Origin: Octopus vulgaris
Taxonomy: Eukaryota
DNA length: 64,000 nt
NCBI GenBank assembly: GCA_951406725.2
Contig: OX597830.1
Coordinates: 76,322,001 to 76,386,000 of the forward strand
Direction: 5' to 3'
Shown: positions 11,771 to 27,531 of the stretch, in pieces
Layout: every line of letters begins with the position of its first letter
Numbering within the stretch: the stretch's first letter is position 1
Made by a program: the position numbers and the translations under genes
The notes under the pieces: generated by a model
What the model was told of the DNA's origin: nothing
Seen by the model: only the letters and a program-made list of their open reading frames with translations
Database searches by the model: none

Positions 11771-12483
11771 ACACACGCCACCAATAATACATTATATATG
11801 CATGTGTGTGTACGGGTGGGGTATGAAAATAAAAATTATATACAGATACAGACTCGCGCGCTCACATATATGTTGTTAACAGTGACTTCGAAGATTAGAC
11901 CAGCAAAGCCATCGTCGAGCTATGATGCATTAGATTTAGACTTGCCTTGATATAGTCTCTGTTGAGTTCAACTCATCGTTGGGTGTGTGGGTTTAAGTGG
12001 AGTAGTAGTTACAATTTTGTGGTTGATTGTTATGGAAAAGTGTTTTGGAAAATTTCAATTAAATTTGGAGGTATGTCTAAACATTACCCGAAATCATTGG
12101 AGTTCTGTTATAGAATTCTTTAAATGAATACATATAGTGCAATATATACAAGAATTTAAATATGTATATGTTTATATGTATATAAATGTCTGTATGTAGT
12201 ATGTATGTGCACTTCATATATGCGTGCATGCGTAGTTATGTATATATGTTTTTATGCATATGTACACACACCCATACACACACACACAGATATATATATA
12301 CCTACGCATATAGCTGAACACATAAATATGTATATTATATATAGCGCCCCGAAACCTAGCGGTTCGGTTTAATAGACCGACAGAATAAGTACTAGGCTAG
12401 AATAAGTCCTGGGGTTGATTTGCTCGACTAAAAGGCGGTGCTCAAGCATGGCCACAGTCAAATGACTGAAACAAGTAAAAAGA

Positions 12484-12539
<56 letters not shown>

Positions 12540-12593
12540 AAAGGGCTTAGTAAAATAAATTACTTTGCCCTCATTTTACCCTCAATTGTTGTG

Positions 12594-12648
<55 letters not shown>

Positions 12649-13473
12649 ATAAATAGATACATACATACATACATGCATACATACATTTATACAAACGTAT
12701 ATATATGTATCGATATCGATAGAGTGAGATCATTCATATGCATACATGTGTATGTATGTCTCTGTGTGTGTGTGCATATATATATACACACACATACACG
12801 TATATCTATAAATACATATACATATATATATGTAAGTATATATATACGTAGTTACATGTATATCCATACTTTCCCGCAAAAGTGGTTATATATACATCTA
12901 GAAATCGGGTTATCATGAATAGCTAGGTACCCAGTTAGCATCGAAATCATAAGAATGCAAGGTCCTTTCTTAGATGAAGCACCCCTACTGATAATCTTTT
13001 CGTCAAGATATGTTAAAAGGATGGGGTGGAAACTATATAAAGACATTGGAAGGGGCCGGTATGTTTAGATCAAAAGAGACGAAATTATAAAACGTAGAGA
13101 GTTAAGTTGATACTAGCTGCGCTAAGAGTACAAGTGCCACTTCTTGATCCGCCATTTGCATCATAATGGAATCTGTTCGTTGTTTCGTGTATCTGACCAA
13201 CATGAACAAGTTCAACAGCAGATACATCCTGATAATATTGTAAATTTTTGTGTGTCTGTGTGTGTGTGTGTGCGCGCGCATGCGTAGGTTGGAAGATAGA
13301 TAGGTGTGTGTATTTATATTTGTTTATAAAAACATATATGTTCACACATATGCATATACTTTTACAGACTTATACATATATATATCTACATAACTATATA
13401 TCTACTACATATATATATGTACACGTATATATTTATATATATATAGGTATCGTTAGTTATATCTATATATATA

Positions 13474-13558
<85 letters not shown>

Positions 13559-13561
<3 letters not shown>

Positions 13562-13957
13562 AGTGGCTGTGTGGTAAGTAGCTTGCTAACCAACCACATG
13601 GTACCGGGTTCAGTCCCACTGCGTGGCATCTTGGGCAAGTGTCTTCTGCTATAGCCCCGGGCCGACCAATGCCTTGTGAGTGGATTTGGTAGACAGAAAC
13701 TGAAAGAAGCCTGTCGTATATATGTATATATATATGCATGTGTGTATATGTTTGTGTGTCTGTGTTTGTCCCCCTAGCATTGCTTGACAACCGATGCTGG
13801 TGTGTTTATGTCCCCGTTACTTAGCGGTTCGGCAAAAGAGACCGATAGCATAAGTACTGGGCTTACAAAAAAAAGAATAAGTTCCGGGGTCGAGTTGCTC
13901 GATTAAAGGCGGTGCTCCAGCATGGCCGCAGTCAAATGACTGAAACAAGTAAAAGAG

Positions 13958-13958
<1 letters not shown>
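13559..13958 (+). mobile_element. SINE family A, full length, within (TA)n
   Basis: GGAGTGGCTGTGTGGTAAG head to CCAGCATGGCCGCAGTCAAATGACTGAAACAAGTAAAAGAG tail; TA arrays on both sides. Confidence 0.95.
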
Positions 13959-13990
<32 letters not shown>

Positions 13991-14039
13991 GTATATATTT
14001 ACATATATATATGTATCATTAATTATATCTATCTATCTA

Positions 14040-14095
<56 letters not shown>

Positions 14096-14365
14096 TTTTT
14101 GAGTATATAATTGTGTCTGCATTTCTAGGTATGCACTCTGACTTGCAAATCGAATAAATGAATGCATGAATGAATAAATACGGAGATGTGCGGGTGGAGA
14201 CGCTGGGACGGTGGTGTTGTTACCATGGGAATTATTATAACAAATATACAAACACTAACATATGTGTATATATATATACATACATATATATATATATATA
14301 AATATATATATGCATATTCACGTAAAGATCTGAGTCATGCGTATGCATATATCTGTGTGCATGTT

Positions 14366-14422
<57 letters not shown>

Positions 14423-14426
<4 letters not shown>

Positions 14427-14581
14427 AAGTGGCTGTGTGTTAAGTAGCTGGCTTCCCAACCACATGGTTCCGGGTTCACTCCCACTGCTTGACACCTTGG
14501 GCTATAACCTCTACTATAACCTCGCATCGATCAAAGCCTTGTGAGTGGGTTTGGTAGACGGAAACTGAAAGAAGTCCGTCG

Positions 14582-14630
<49 letters not shown>

Positions 14631-14812
14631 ATATATATATATACATATATGTGTCTGTGTCTATGTTTGTCACCCCACCATCGCTTGAGAACCGATGTTC
14701 GTGTGTTTACGTCCACGTAAATTAGCGGTTCGGCAAAAGAGGCCGATAGAATAAGTACTAGGCTTACAAAGAATTAGTCCTGAGGTTGATTTGGCTGAAA
14801 CAAATAAAAGAA
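14423..14812 (+). mobile_element. SINE family A
   Basis: Same head and body as 13559; tail partly deleted. Confidence 0.9.
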
Positions 14813-15009
14813 TATGCAGAGAGTGTGTGTGCATGTGTATATGAGAGAGAGAGAGAGGGGGGAGATAGACTGGTATAAAAGTGTGTGTGTGTGTATATAT
14901 ACATATATATCACATTGCTTCTCTTACCACAGGAAGGAACCCAAAAAACCCAAATACAACAGTAATATATAACTCGAAATCTTCAATATGATAAACCGGA
15001 TAAAAATCG

Positions 15010-15460
15010 TTACTACTAAAGGGACAAGGCCTGAAATGTGTGGCAGGAAGTGACTAATCGATTGCATGCACCCCAAAGTTTCACTAGCTCTTAAGTTATT
15101 GACTCTGAAAGGATCAAAGCAAAGTGGACGTCGACGGAATGTGAACTCAGAACATGAGGACAGCTGAAATATCTCTAAGCATTTTGCACGGTGTGCAAAT
15201 CGCTCTACCAGCTCGATGCCTTATATAAACCGGATAAGAATGGCTTCAAAAATTTGGCGCAACGCTGCAAATTTCGTTGCAGGCGTAAAGTCGATATCAT
15301 CTAATCAGTGAGCAACTGGTTCTTATTTTCTTGACTCTGAAAGGATGAAAGGCCGGATCGAACCCAGCAGCATTGGGGAACTTTAAACCTAATATCGAAA
15401 GAAATGCCGTCATGCAATTTTTTTTCCGGCGTGATAACGCTTCTGCTAACACACAGCCTT
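15010..15460 (-). mobile_element. Two adjacent old SINE B copies
   Basis: Two degenerate matches to GAAAGGATGAAAGGCAAAGTCGAC...GGAATTTGAACTCAGAAC (15010-15222 and 15245-15460). Confidence 0.7.
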
Positions 15461-15472
15461 AAAAAAAAAAAA

Positions 15473-15538
<66 letters not shown>

Positions 15539-15542
15539 AGTA

Positions 15543-15581
<39 letters not shown>

Positions 15582-15703
15582 TATATATATATATGTATAT
15601 GTATGTATGTATAAATGTATATAAATAATATATATATATATGTATATATATATAAATATATATGCATATATATATATATATATATATCTACATATATATA
15701 TAC

Positions 15704-15759
<56 letters not shown>

Positions 15760-16317
15760 CTTTTTTGTGAGGGAAAAATATTCCATATGCCCTCTGTTAA
15801 TACACGTGTTTAGATTTTCAAAGAACTCGGCGTATTCTTCTGGTAGGGTCTGAGGTTTTAATTCACCACCATTCTATATTGCAAATCCGTATTTCTGCTA
15901 CGGTTATACTGATTTTTACAGAGTAATATACAACACAAGGTAAAAATATTGGTCGTTGCATATTTTTTTCTTTATCACAGGTAACAAATAATACCTTACA
16001 ACAATAAATAAAAAGTTGCAATGATCGTTATTTACACCATGTTTAATACATAAATATATGTATGTGTGCGTATATGTAACTACATATATAATATGTATGT
16101 ATATATTCGTATGTGCATCTATATACCTAAATTCGCACTTATATGGGATTCCAGAGATCTGTGCATAGATATATGAATACACATGTGGCTATGTATGTAT
16201 ACACACATACATGCATAAACACACACACACACACACACATACGGTCATACACATACACACACATATATTTATACACGTATATATGTATGGATGTATGTAT
16301 GGATATATGTATGTAAG

Positions 16318-16765
<448 letters not shown>

Positions 16766-17419
16766 CATCCATACATACACACTTACACGCAAAAACAAAC
16801 AATTTCTATACAATACAACTACTTCCTACAAATATATAATGCGGAAGATGTGTTAGTGTGCACATACGTACGTGCCTTTCCACGTGTATACGAGTAAATA
16901 TGTGTATTATGAACATATTCATATAGTTCTGTTGCACTATTCCTACTCTGTTTCCCATAATAATACATTTATTTAACACAACGAAATCCAATTACATTCA
17001 CATAGAATCGGTTTTAGAGGAGAACTATAGATAATTTTATCTAGCGAAATACATGGGTGAAGGATGGGCCGTACATAACGCAAACAATAACTTGTAGTTG
17101 TTGATCTTAAGGCTTGGAGATCAATATCTATGGCATCGCATCAATATTTTTGTGGTGTCCTAATGAAATCATGAGAATCGAGTGAAAATATATGGTGTCC
17201 TCGTTCTGAATGAATGGGTGAAGTTTTTATTTTTTTTATTTTTCTCCTTTTTTTTTATATACTTTTATCTTCTGACCCCGAATTTGGGATCACTTTTTAT
17301 AAATATACGTATGTATATATTTATATATTTATGTATATATATATATTTATATATATATATATGGATATGTGTGTCTGTATATATATATATATATATGAGT
17401 ATAACGTATGTATGTATAC

Positions 17420-17467
<48 letters not shown>

Positions 17468-17484
17468 GTATACATATATGTATG

Positions 17485-17566
<82 letters not shown>

Positions 17567-17985
17567 AGTAAACGCACATATATGTGTGCTTGTACATTTA
17601 TATTTTTTTATATGTATCTTCGTTAATATGTATATAGGTGTGTGTGTGTTTACGTATATGTATATGTGTATACGCATTGTTATATACATAAATATATTAA
17701 ATTATATATATACATACATATATATATATATTCACATACAAACATATATACACATACGTATAAATGTATACACTGGTGTGCGTATATACATATATTCATT
17801 TATATATATATATATATATGTATATATTATATGTTTGTGTGTATGTATGTATGCGTGTATGTGTGTGTGTGTGTGTGCATGAATGTATATTTTACATACG
17901 CACACATATGGACATCAAAAAACGCGTCATATATTCTTATTTACACAGGGATAAAAACAAAAAACAAGCTAACCACGATCTCATA

Positions 17986-18055
<70 letters not shown>

Positions 18056-18056
18056 G

Positions 18057-18105
<49 letters not shown>

Positions 18106-18126
18106 TATTATTATTGTTGTTGTTGC

Positions 18127-18162
<36 letters not shown>

Positions 18163-18638
18163 GATTGTTGTTATTATTATTATTATTATCATCATCATCA
18201 TTATCACACTCATCATTATCATCATCATTATTATTATTATCATTATCGTTATTATCATCATCAAGGCCAAAACTTGGTGACGATGTTTTTGACCTTCTGA
18301 CCATTCCGGTACTCACTTAGTACTCGGGTCCTTTAGAATTAATGGTAAAATGAACTTGAGCGAGATTGGAATCGCAGGAACATTAATGCTCCCAAGTGAT
18401 ATCGATTTCTGCTATTATCAGGAGAACTCATATATGTGGAACAAGGGAGATATAAGGCGACCTCTGACACACTTAGGAATGTTGCTGTTCCGTTCTGTAC
18501 GCTTCTCAGCAAAGCGAAACAGATGTAATAAGATATGTAAAAGTATAATAATAATAATATATAATGTAATATAACATAAAGAACTGATATTAAATATTAA
18601 ATATATATGGAAGATGTTTTACGCGAATATACATATAC

Positions 18639-18742
<104 letters not shown>

Positions 18743-18809
18743 ATATGTATATGTATATATGTATATATATATATGTATATATATATATGTATGTATGTAT
18801 ATATATATG

Positions 18810-18913
<104 letters not shown>

Positions 18914-19060
18914 CACCAACCTCATACCACAGGAGGTTTGGTGGAACTAAAAGACAAAGAAAGAAAAGATCAACCGTCGCCTTTACACCTTGATTCACTT
19001 CTCTAAAAAACAATTATTATTTCACGTTTTCGAAGTTTCTATATTATATACACGCATGTA

Positions 19061-19115
<55 letters not shown>

Positions 19116-19225
19116 ATATGTGCAGTGTGTATTATATTTTACAGTTTCAAGATATGTTACAGTTTAAACATCGAAGAAATTTAGCACATAAAAATTTTTG
19201 TATGTGTGTGTAAAAAATATATAAA

Positions 19226-19469
19226 TAGGGTGTTTTAGAAAGTCTCTACGCAGCAAATATTTAATGGCTTTCGGGATATTCTTGTACACTGATCCCTTAC
19301 TTGCTCCCCAGAAAAAGAAAAAAATAGTCTGGCGGTGTTAAATCTGGTGATCTTGGTGGCCAAAGTCCTTTGGAAATATTTTGTTCACCGAGAAACTCTT
19401 GAAATAGCTCCATGGCGATGCGCAGGATATAAACAAATCCCTGCGGAGAGACTTTTTGAACATCTTCTA
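19226..19469 (-). mobile_element. Internally deleted Tc1/mariner element
   Basis: Minus strand from 19362 translates WPPRSPDLTPPDYFF, the Tc1/mariner catalytic SPDL motif. Degenerate TIRs GGGTGTTTTAGAAAGTCTCTACGCAG / CTGCGGAGAGACTTTTTGAACATC, TA flanks. Confidence 0.85.
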
Positions 19470-20277
19470 TATATGTATATATTCATATTCATAAGTATGT
19501 ATATTTTTTTAGAAGTGTGTACACGCTCAAACGCACAGAGACTTTGCGCCGTTTGTTTACAAAGACTTTATTTAACGCTTAATATATAAGGTTTTGTATG
19601 TGGAATTATGTTGATGGGACATAATTAGCAGCATTTTATTGAGTACATGTGAAAGTACTAAATTGAAACATTTGACTATCACACACAAAAAGTGTATATG
19701 AATAATTATTATTATTTGTCAATGTGTATATACATACACACACACACACACATACACATATATATGTATACATATATATGTATACATATATATGTATGTA
19801 TGTATATATATATACATATATATATTTCTATATATATATGTATTTATATAAATATATATGTATATGTATATATATATTTATATATACATATATATATATA
19901 TATGTGTATTTATATAAATATATATATGTATATATATATATTTATATATATATGTGTATTTATATATATATGTATATATATATTTACATATATATATATG
20001 TGTGTGTGTATATGTATGTATATATATATATGTGTGTGTATATATATATATATGTATATATATGCATATTTATATATAGCATCTATTTATTTTATATCTA
20101 CATATACATATATGTATCTAATATATATCATGTATATCATATACGCAATATATTATCAACACACACACACACACACACACATATGTAATATATATATAGG
20201 TAAAATATATGTATATATATATATATATATATATTCATATAAACGTGTATACGCACATTTCATAGCTATTTACTCCC

Positions 20278-20319
<42 letters not shown>

Positions 20320-20712
20320 CACACAGAGCTTATCATTTGTTGTTTGACAATAACCCAATCCGAGCGTACACGAAAAGGCATAAAATATTAGCGAAAAGAG
20401 CGATAAGAAGAATAAAGGTCCATGGTTGAAATGTTCTCCTCTTCTCCATCGTTCTGTTAAATACGTTTCTATAGTTTCCATTTCTCTAAACTTATATTTT
20501 GATATATTTCGTGGAGAGGTTTTTCTCTCAGTGTAAAATTAAATATTTGTTTGTTATGTATTTCTTTACACAGTCTTAACAAACCTACCACCTTGCGCGC
20601 GCGAACACACACACAGCAAGTAGCTTTGCACGATGTATTTACACACACTCGTACATCATACTTAGCTATATAAATACATACAAACGTATATACATACATG
20701 TGTATCTATTTA

Positions 20713-20913
<201 letters not shown>

Positions 20914-20954
20914 CATGCATATAAATGCATACAAATATATCTACTGTTATATAT

Positions 20955-21100
20955 ATAATTAATCAGCCGAAATTGCGAAGATGATCTGGTTCTTGACTGA
21001 TGACTGAGAGCTTCGAAAGTCCCGTCTGTGTGTGTTTTTTTGTCGTCTTCAAAATGTTTCACGTTCTTGTCCCAGTTTGTGTTTTTTTTTTAACGTTTAC
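20955..21100 (+). mobile_element. Penelope-like terminal remnant (related copies at 49335-49480 minus and 3063-3135 plus)
   Basis: ATTAATCAGCCGAAATTGCGAAGATGATCTGGTTCTTGACTGATGA...GCTTCGAAAGTCCCGTC recurs inverted at ~49385-49456. All copies abut (TA)n. Class is inferred. Confidence 0.55.
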
Positions 21101-21183
21101 ATATATATATATATATGTTTATGTATACATTTATATACACATACATATAAATACAGGCGCACGCACACACACTCACACACATA

Positions 21184-21219
<36 letters not shown>

Positions 21220-21364
21220 TGTATGTATGTATGTATGTATGGGAAAGTGAGAGAGAAAGAGATGTATGTATAGACTGACTGATTCTTGGATTTGTAATCT
21301 ATGATTTCATGTGTTGTATTATTGTATATATGTATGTATGTATGCGCGTGTGCGCGCGTGTATG

Positions 21365-21417
<53 letters not shown>

Positions 21418-22074
21418 ATATGAATGTATATAAATATGTGCATACAATATATATGCAGAGGGAAAGGGAGAGAGAAAAAGAGAGAAAGAGAGAGAGAGAA
21501 AGAGATGGATATAAATAGAGACAAATCGATTGCTTTGTTGATCGATGTTTTGTGGACATATCTTTGTGTATGATGTCACATGTGTGTCTGTGTGCGTGTG
21601 AGTGCGTATGTGTATGTGTGTGTTGTCTGTCTGTCTCCCATATACCTACATCATACATATAAACATACAAATTTGTATTTACACACGCATTCACACATGC
21701 ACAGACACAGACATCTTTTAACATACGATGTACGTTAAAATCTTAAATAACGATTAAAACTAAAGCCGAATCTTCAGTTTATCGGAAACACCCCTATATT
21801 ATTCAATGGCAGTGTATATTCAATCCTTCTTCTTTCTGAGTACAGAATATCTAATTTTTCATTAATATTAGGCCTCTCTACAGACCATTTAGGTATGGTC
21901 TGCAATTAAATTTGTGCTTGGAAGCAATTAGCTAACTAAAGCTTGAGAATTTCGGTTATACTAATTAAGAGAAAACGGCCTTGTGTTACAAGGTTCAAGT
22001 TTTTTCAGTTTTTCATTTTTCTTTTCGTTTAGTTCCTAGTTTCGCTTTACGTCGTTTCACTTAAAGCGGCACTT

Positions 22075-22144
22075 TAGTTACGGTGACATAAACACACCAA
22101 CACCGCTTTTCATACCGTAATACGGGAGCAGACACAGGCACAAA

Positions 22145-22217
<73 letters not shown>

Positions 22218-22397
22218 TCGTACGTATACGACGTGTTTCTTTCAGTTTCCGTCTACCAAATCCACTCACATGGCTTTGGTCGGCCCGAGGCTATAGTAGA
22301 AGGTCCCACACCTGCCGAAGGTCCCACAGTCCTGCAGTGGGACTGAACCCGGAACCATGTGAGTTGGAAGCAAATTTTTCACCACACAGCCACGCCT
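22075..22397 (-). mobile_element. SINE family A (head and body)
   Basis: Reverse complement of the family A head and body, with an expanded internal (CA)n. Confidence 0.88.
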
Positions 22398-22901
22398 CTG
22401 AATAATATTTAATTATAAAAATATAATGGGATTTCTTTAAGCATCAGATGCTTGAGGGGATCTAGTAGAGTAAAAACATGAATCAAAGGGTTCCGAGACC
22501 AAAAAAAATGGTTCAGAACCAGTGTCGGATATTGAAATGTGCTTAACCTTATCTTGAAGATGGTAGACCACTCCTAGTAAAGGAAGAGGGCTGAATGAAC
22601 AAGTGGTAAGATGCCACGGTGATTCGGCGCACTCGCTGTTGTTTTGATTCCTGTTCGTTGATTTCATTTTTCGTTTTGTTGACGCAGATGACTTTCACAT
22701 ACATTTATTTACTTGGAGGACTGAGAATGATAATGATGATGATGATGATGAGGAGGAGGAGGAGGATAATGTGTGTGAGTGTTTGAGAGAGAGAAAGAGA
22801 GACAGAAATAAGAGAGAGTGAAAGATGAGTGAGAGAGAAAGATGAGAGATAGAGAGAGACTGGTGTAGTCATTTACCATTGATAATTTATTTATCTATAT
22901 A

Positions 22902-23010
<109 letters not shown>

Positions 23011-23080
23011 GTCTATCTGTCTGTCTATCTCTCTATCTATCTGTCTGTTTATCTGTCTGCCTATCTATCTATCTATCTGT

Positions 23081-23144
<64 letters not shown>

Positions 23145-23159
23145 TTATCCATCTAGTTC

Positions 23160-23192
<33 letters not shown>

Positions 23193-23289
23193 TTATCCAT
23201 CTAGTTCTCTATCTATCTTTATATGCTTGTTGCTGAATTGAAAATGCAACAATTTATAAAAGAAGAAATAAATAAAGCCAGCAATGCAC

Positions 23290-23552
23290 CTCAGGACTAA
23301 GTTACTGCAACAGCCTGAGTTTCAGGGGCCCACAGCTTTTTAATATTCTCCCAAAAAGCCTGAGAGACCTACACAAAGTGGATGTAGGTGTTTTCAAATC
23401 AAAACTGGGCCTCTTCTTGCCGGGAGCCCCAAATTAACCTACCTTGTGGCAAGAGATGCAAATGAGGGTAGCGGCATCAAACTCTCTTATTCACACTAAA
23501 TGGCACACATTAGCATGGCCGCAGCTCTGAGCTGAAACTACAAATGGAAAAA
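23290..23552 (+). mobile_element. 3' end of a CR1/L2-type LINE (ORF2 C-terminus and tail)
   Basis: From 23303: YCNSLSFRGPQLFNILPKSLRDLHKVDVGVFKSKLGLFLPGAPN*PT...RVAASNSLIH, resembling CR1/L2 ORF2 C-termini (GP.L[WF]N.LP..FK..L). Tail AGCATGGCCGCAGCTCTGAGCTGAAAC. Confidence 0.8.
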
Positions 23553-23624
23553 GTCAACACCAAAAAGTGAACTTTGAGAAATGATTTATTTTGGCAATTT
23601 TTAAAAACAATTGTATTGTATCTG

Positions 23625-23657
<33 letters not shown>

Positions 23658-23745
23658 CATATATATATATATATATATATATATGTTTGTATGTGTGTAT
23701 GCATGTATGTATGTGTATATATATGTAAATACATAGTATATATGA

Positions 23746-23791
<46 letters not shown>

Positions 23792-24047
23792 CTTATATAT
23801 AATATATACGAACCATATATCAATTCAATCCTCACATATATGTGTTTACTGTATATATATATATATATATATGCCTGTGTGTATGTATGTATGTATGTAT
23901 ACGTATATATATATATAATATACACACATATACAATATATACTTATATATAATATATATATATATACGTATGTGTGTGTGTGTGTGCGTGTGTTTCTGTG
24001 TGTTTGTGTGTGTGTATATCGTTGTAAACATGCTTCTTTTCTACTTA

Positions 24048-24261
24048 CCGTATTTGATGACGTATAAGACACACCTTTTTTTTTTACCCCACCAAATGGC
24101 TTTAAAAATCCCCTTGCGTTTAATGCACTCAATGTAGTCTCAAAGTCATACCGGTAAGTAGAGGAATTAAAACATTTTAGTGGTAATTTATATTACAAAG
24201 GTATAGCCTAGAATAGGGTGCATCCTATGCGCACGTACGTCTTATAGGCCATCAAATACGG
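24048..24261. mobile_element. pogo/Tigger-like MITE
   Basis: TIRs CCGTATTTGATGACGTATAAGAC / GTCTTATAGGCCATCAAATACGG; TA on the left flank. Confidence 0.75.
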
Positions 24262-25015
24262 AATATGTAGATATGTGTATAAATAATAAATATATAATGT
24301 ACAAAATTATGAAATGAATCATGCACTGTATTTATTATTTAGAAAATATTGTATGTTTGGAAGGACATTATGCTGCTATTTCTGGCGCACCGAGTGACGG
24401 TATAATTGCATCCCTCTTGACTCATCATCATCATCTTTATCACCATCCTCCCCTGGACACTATTGTCTCGAACCCTGGGACTTATAGGGTCGGCTATACT
24501 GTTTCCACGGTGCATGAGTGGCCGACATTGTAGAATACCCTAGACTGATTTACACTTGAGCGAACTGCAGCAATGAAATGAAGGTTCTCGCTCAAAAACA
24601 AAATGAAGCGTTCTTGATCAAAAACGCAATGGGCTGCTGGCTCGGCTATCGAAACCGGGATCTAGCGAGCGTGAGATATCCAACCACTAAACCAGGCATC
24701 TTAAATTCTTCGCTCAGTTGTGGAGATTGATAACGAATAGGATAACATGTAAGTGAAAGTAACGGAGCGATTATTTCCCCATATCACGTATGCAGATATC
24801 ATATGTTGTTGTATCTTGGTTTATGTTTCTGCAAGGGTGGCGATCACAGCAGCTTATGCACCATATTACAGTAATATGATGCAGTGATTCCTTGTTTTTC
24901 AGTACAGCAAAGGTTTCACTCTGCTGTAGGTATATTCCTAGTTAGACCTACCTCATATGATTTATTCACACAGCAATAAATATGTTTTCCATCAGTGTTG
25001 ATGTTCATGATATAA

Positions 25016-25075
<60 letters not shown>

Positions 25076-25325
25076 ATACACGCATGGATGTGTGAGTGTT
25101 TGTGTGTATGCATTTTATCGTTCAATTACCGGTTTCTGCGGGAGACTGTGGCCATGCTGGGGCACGACCATTTGCGCTAATACTCCTTTATTTTAGACAC
25201 ATTTTTATGCCACCCTCTCTGGAAGACATGCATGTATGTATGTATTTATGTAAGCATGAATTTATGTATGTACACATAAATATATATACATGTATATATG
25301 TATATGTATAGGTGTGTATATATAC

Positions 25326-25399
<74 letters not shown>

Positions 25400-25452
25400 A
25401 TATATATATGTATATGTATATGTATACACATATGTATATATATATATGTATG

Positions 25453-25527
<75 letters not shown>

Positions 25528-25719
25528 TCATATATAATAAATAAAATATATGCATACATATATGTACGTACCCACATCTACATGTATATATACATGCATA
25601 TATAAATATATATACGTAGTACAGGACAATATATATACATACACATACATATATATATATATATGTACATGTATGTGTTTTGCATGTGGGTGATCAATGC
25701 ATGAAGTAAACACGAAATA

Positions 25720-25947
25720 CTAGACCGTGTTGCACATGAAAAATTGAGACCCACACACAAACAAATATCTCCAGTTTCGCCCTGAAATACATTTGGAAAG
25801 CCTCCCGACAGAGAAAATACATTATTAACAGCCGGCAGACCACGTCCTATGGAACCCAGCTGCGTCACACCCACCGTCAGTGCAGCAGGAACCACGCAAG
25901 CACCCAGGGTCAATATCCAGAACACTTATACACCCGTTCATGAAGAC
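25720..25947 (-). other. Unique GC-richer exon-like segment
   Basis: Minus-strand acceptor-like ...TTGCACTCATTAGCAG|GTCTTC at 25950-25948. Non-repetitive; no recognisable product in any frame. Confidence 0.2.
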
Positions 25948-26120
25948 CTGCTAATGAGTGCAAGTAGTGAAAACATGAATGTTAAATTTGCAGCGTGTAT
26001 TGAACAGAAAGACACTTTGTGGTGTGAGCGTGTTTGTATAGTTATGCGTGTGTGTACGTATGCATGTATATACCCTTTGACTTGTTTCAGTCATTTGACT
26101 GTGGCCATGCCGGAGCACCG

Positions 26121-26176
<56 letters not shown>

Positions 26177-27096
26177 ATATATATACACATATATGTATTT
26201 ATATTTATATACATGCATACATATATATGTATGTTTGTGTATAGATAGATAGATAGACAGACAGACATAAAGATAGATAGATAGACAGATAGACAGATAT
26301 GAATATGTAAATGTTTGTGTGTATATAAATGTGCTTATATGTACATATATATATATATAGATATATATATAGATATATATATAGAGATTGGATGAGAAGG
26401 AGAGATAGGTGGAGAGGGAGAGAGATAGAAGGGGAGAGAGATAGGGAGAGAGATAGGGGAAGGGGAGAGAGATAGGGAGAGAGGTAGAGTGATAGGAGAA
26501 GAAGGAGAGAGGGGTGTTTGATTCTCCTGCGTTTCTTTAAATCAAAATATATTTAAACATTGACTATCAATTTCCCACTACAGAATAGCGTTTGCGAAGT
26601 CTTGAAGAAGAAAAGAAGAAAAAAACAAAAAACAATATCCATAATATACAAATATCCCAACCGACAATGGTTCTCATATATTAGATATAATTTTCTAAAC
26701 GCGAAAACTCGGTATTAACTTCGTACAAATGTTTAATGATTGTATAAACTTGGTATAAATATTTAATGTTCGTTAAGAACCAAATTCCATATCCGGAATA
26801 TATCAACAATGGGAATAAAAGCGCTGTTTTTGAAATGCCTCTGCAACGCTTTTATCTATACCATTATCTTCTTCGAGATTCACTGTTAGAAAAAAAAGAA
26901 GAATTTTTTCTCGCAAAATTTCTAAATTGACCGCAACAACATACAATTCACGCTGGTAGGAATATCCGAAGGTTTTCTTTAATCCAATGGTACAACACAT
27001 GTCAAGCTTACAGGAGATGTGGGCTCGAGTTCCACGCGTCCCTTGCTACTATTTTTTTTTTTTTTTTGCTACAAATGTATTTAAACTCTATATTTA

Positions 27097-27492
27097 CTAC
27101 TCTTTTACAGGTTTCAGTCATTTGACTGCAGCCATGCTGGAACACCGCCTATAGTCGAACAAATCGACACCTGGACTTATTCTTTGTAAGCCTAGTACTT
27201 ATTCTATCGGTCTCTTTTGCCAAGCCGCTATGTTTCGGGGACGTAAACACACCATCATCGGTTGTCAAGCGATGGTGGTGTTGAGAAGACACAGACACGA
27301 AGAAACACACATAAATATATATCCATATATACGACGGGCTTCTTTCAGTTTCCGTCTACCAAATCCGCTCACAAGGCTTTGGTCGGCCCGAAGCTATAGG
27401 TGGAAAACACTAGCCATGGTGCCACGAAATGGGACTGAACGCAGAACCATGTGGTTGGGAAGCAAACTTCTTACCACACAGCCATGCCTCCG
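27097..27492 (-). mobile_element. SINE family A, full length
   Basis: Tail (GTTTCAGTCATTTGACTGCAGCCATGCTGG) through head (CTTACCACACAGCC) as read on the plus strand. Confidence 0.92.
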
Positions 27493-27531
27493 CTTATCAC
27501 ATTTATATTTTTATCTGTTTCAAGATATATT

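Noticed and set aside
20993-21026. CTGATGA...CGAAAGTC hammerhead-like string
   Set aside because: No convincing stem I or stem III, and relatives at 3063 and ~49400 lack the exact boxes. Kept only as a PLE-like remnant.
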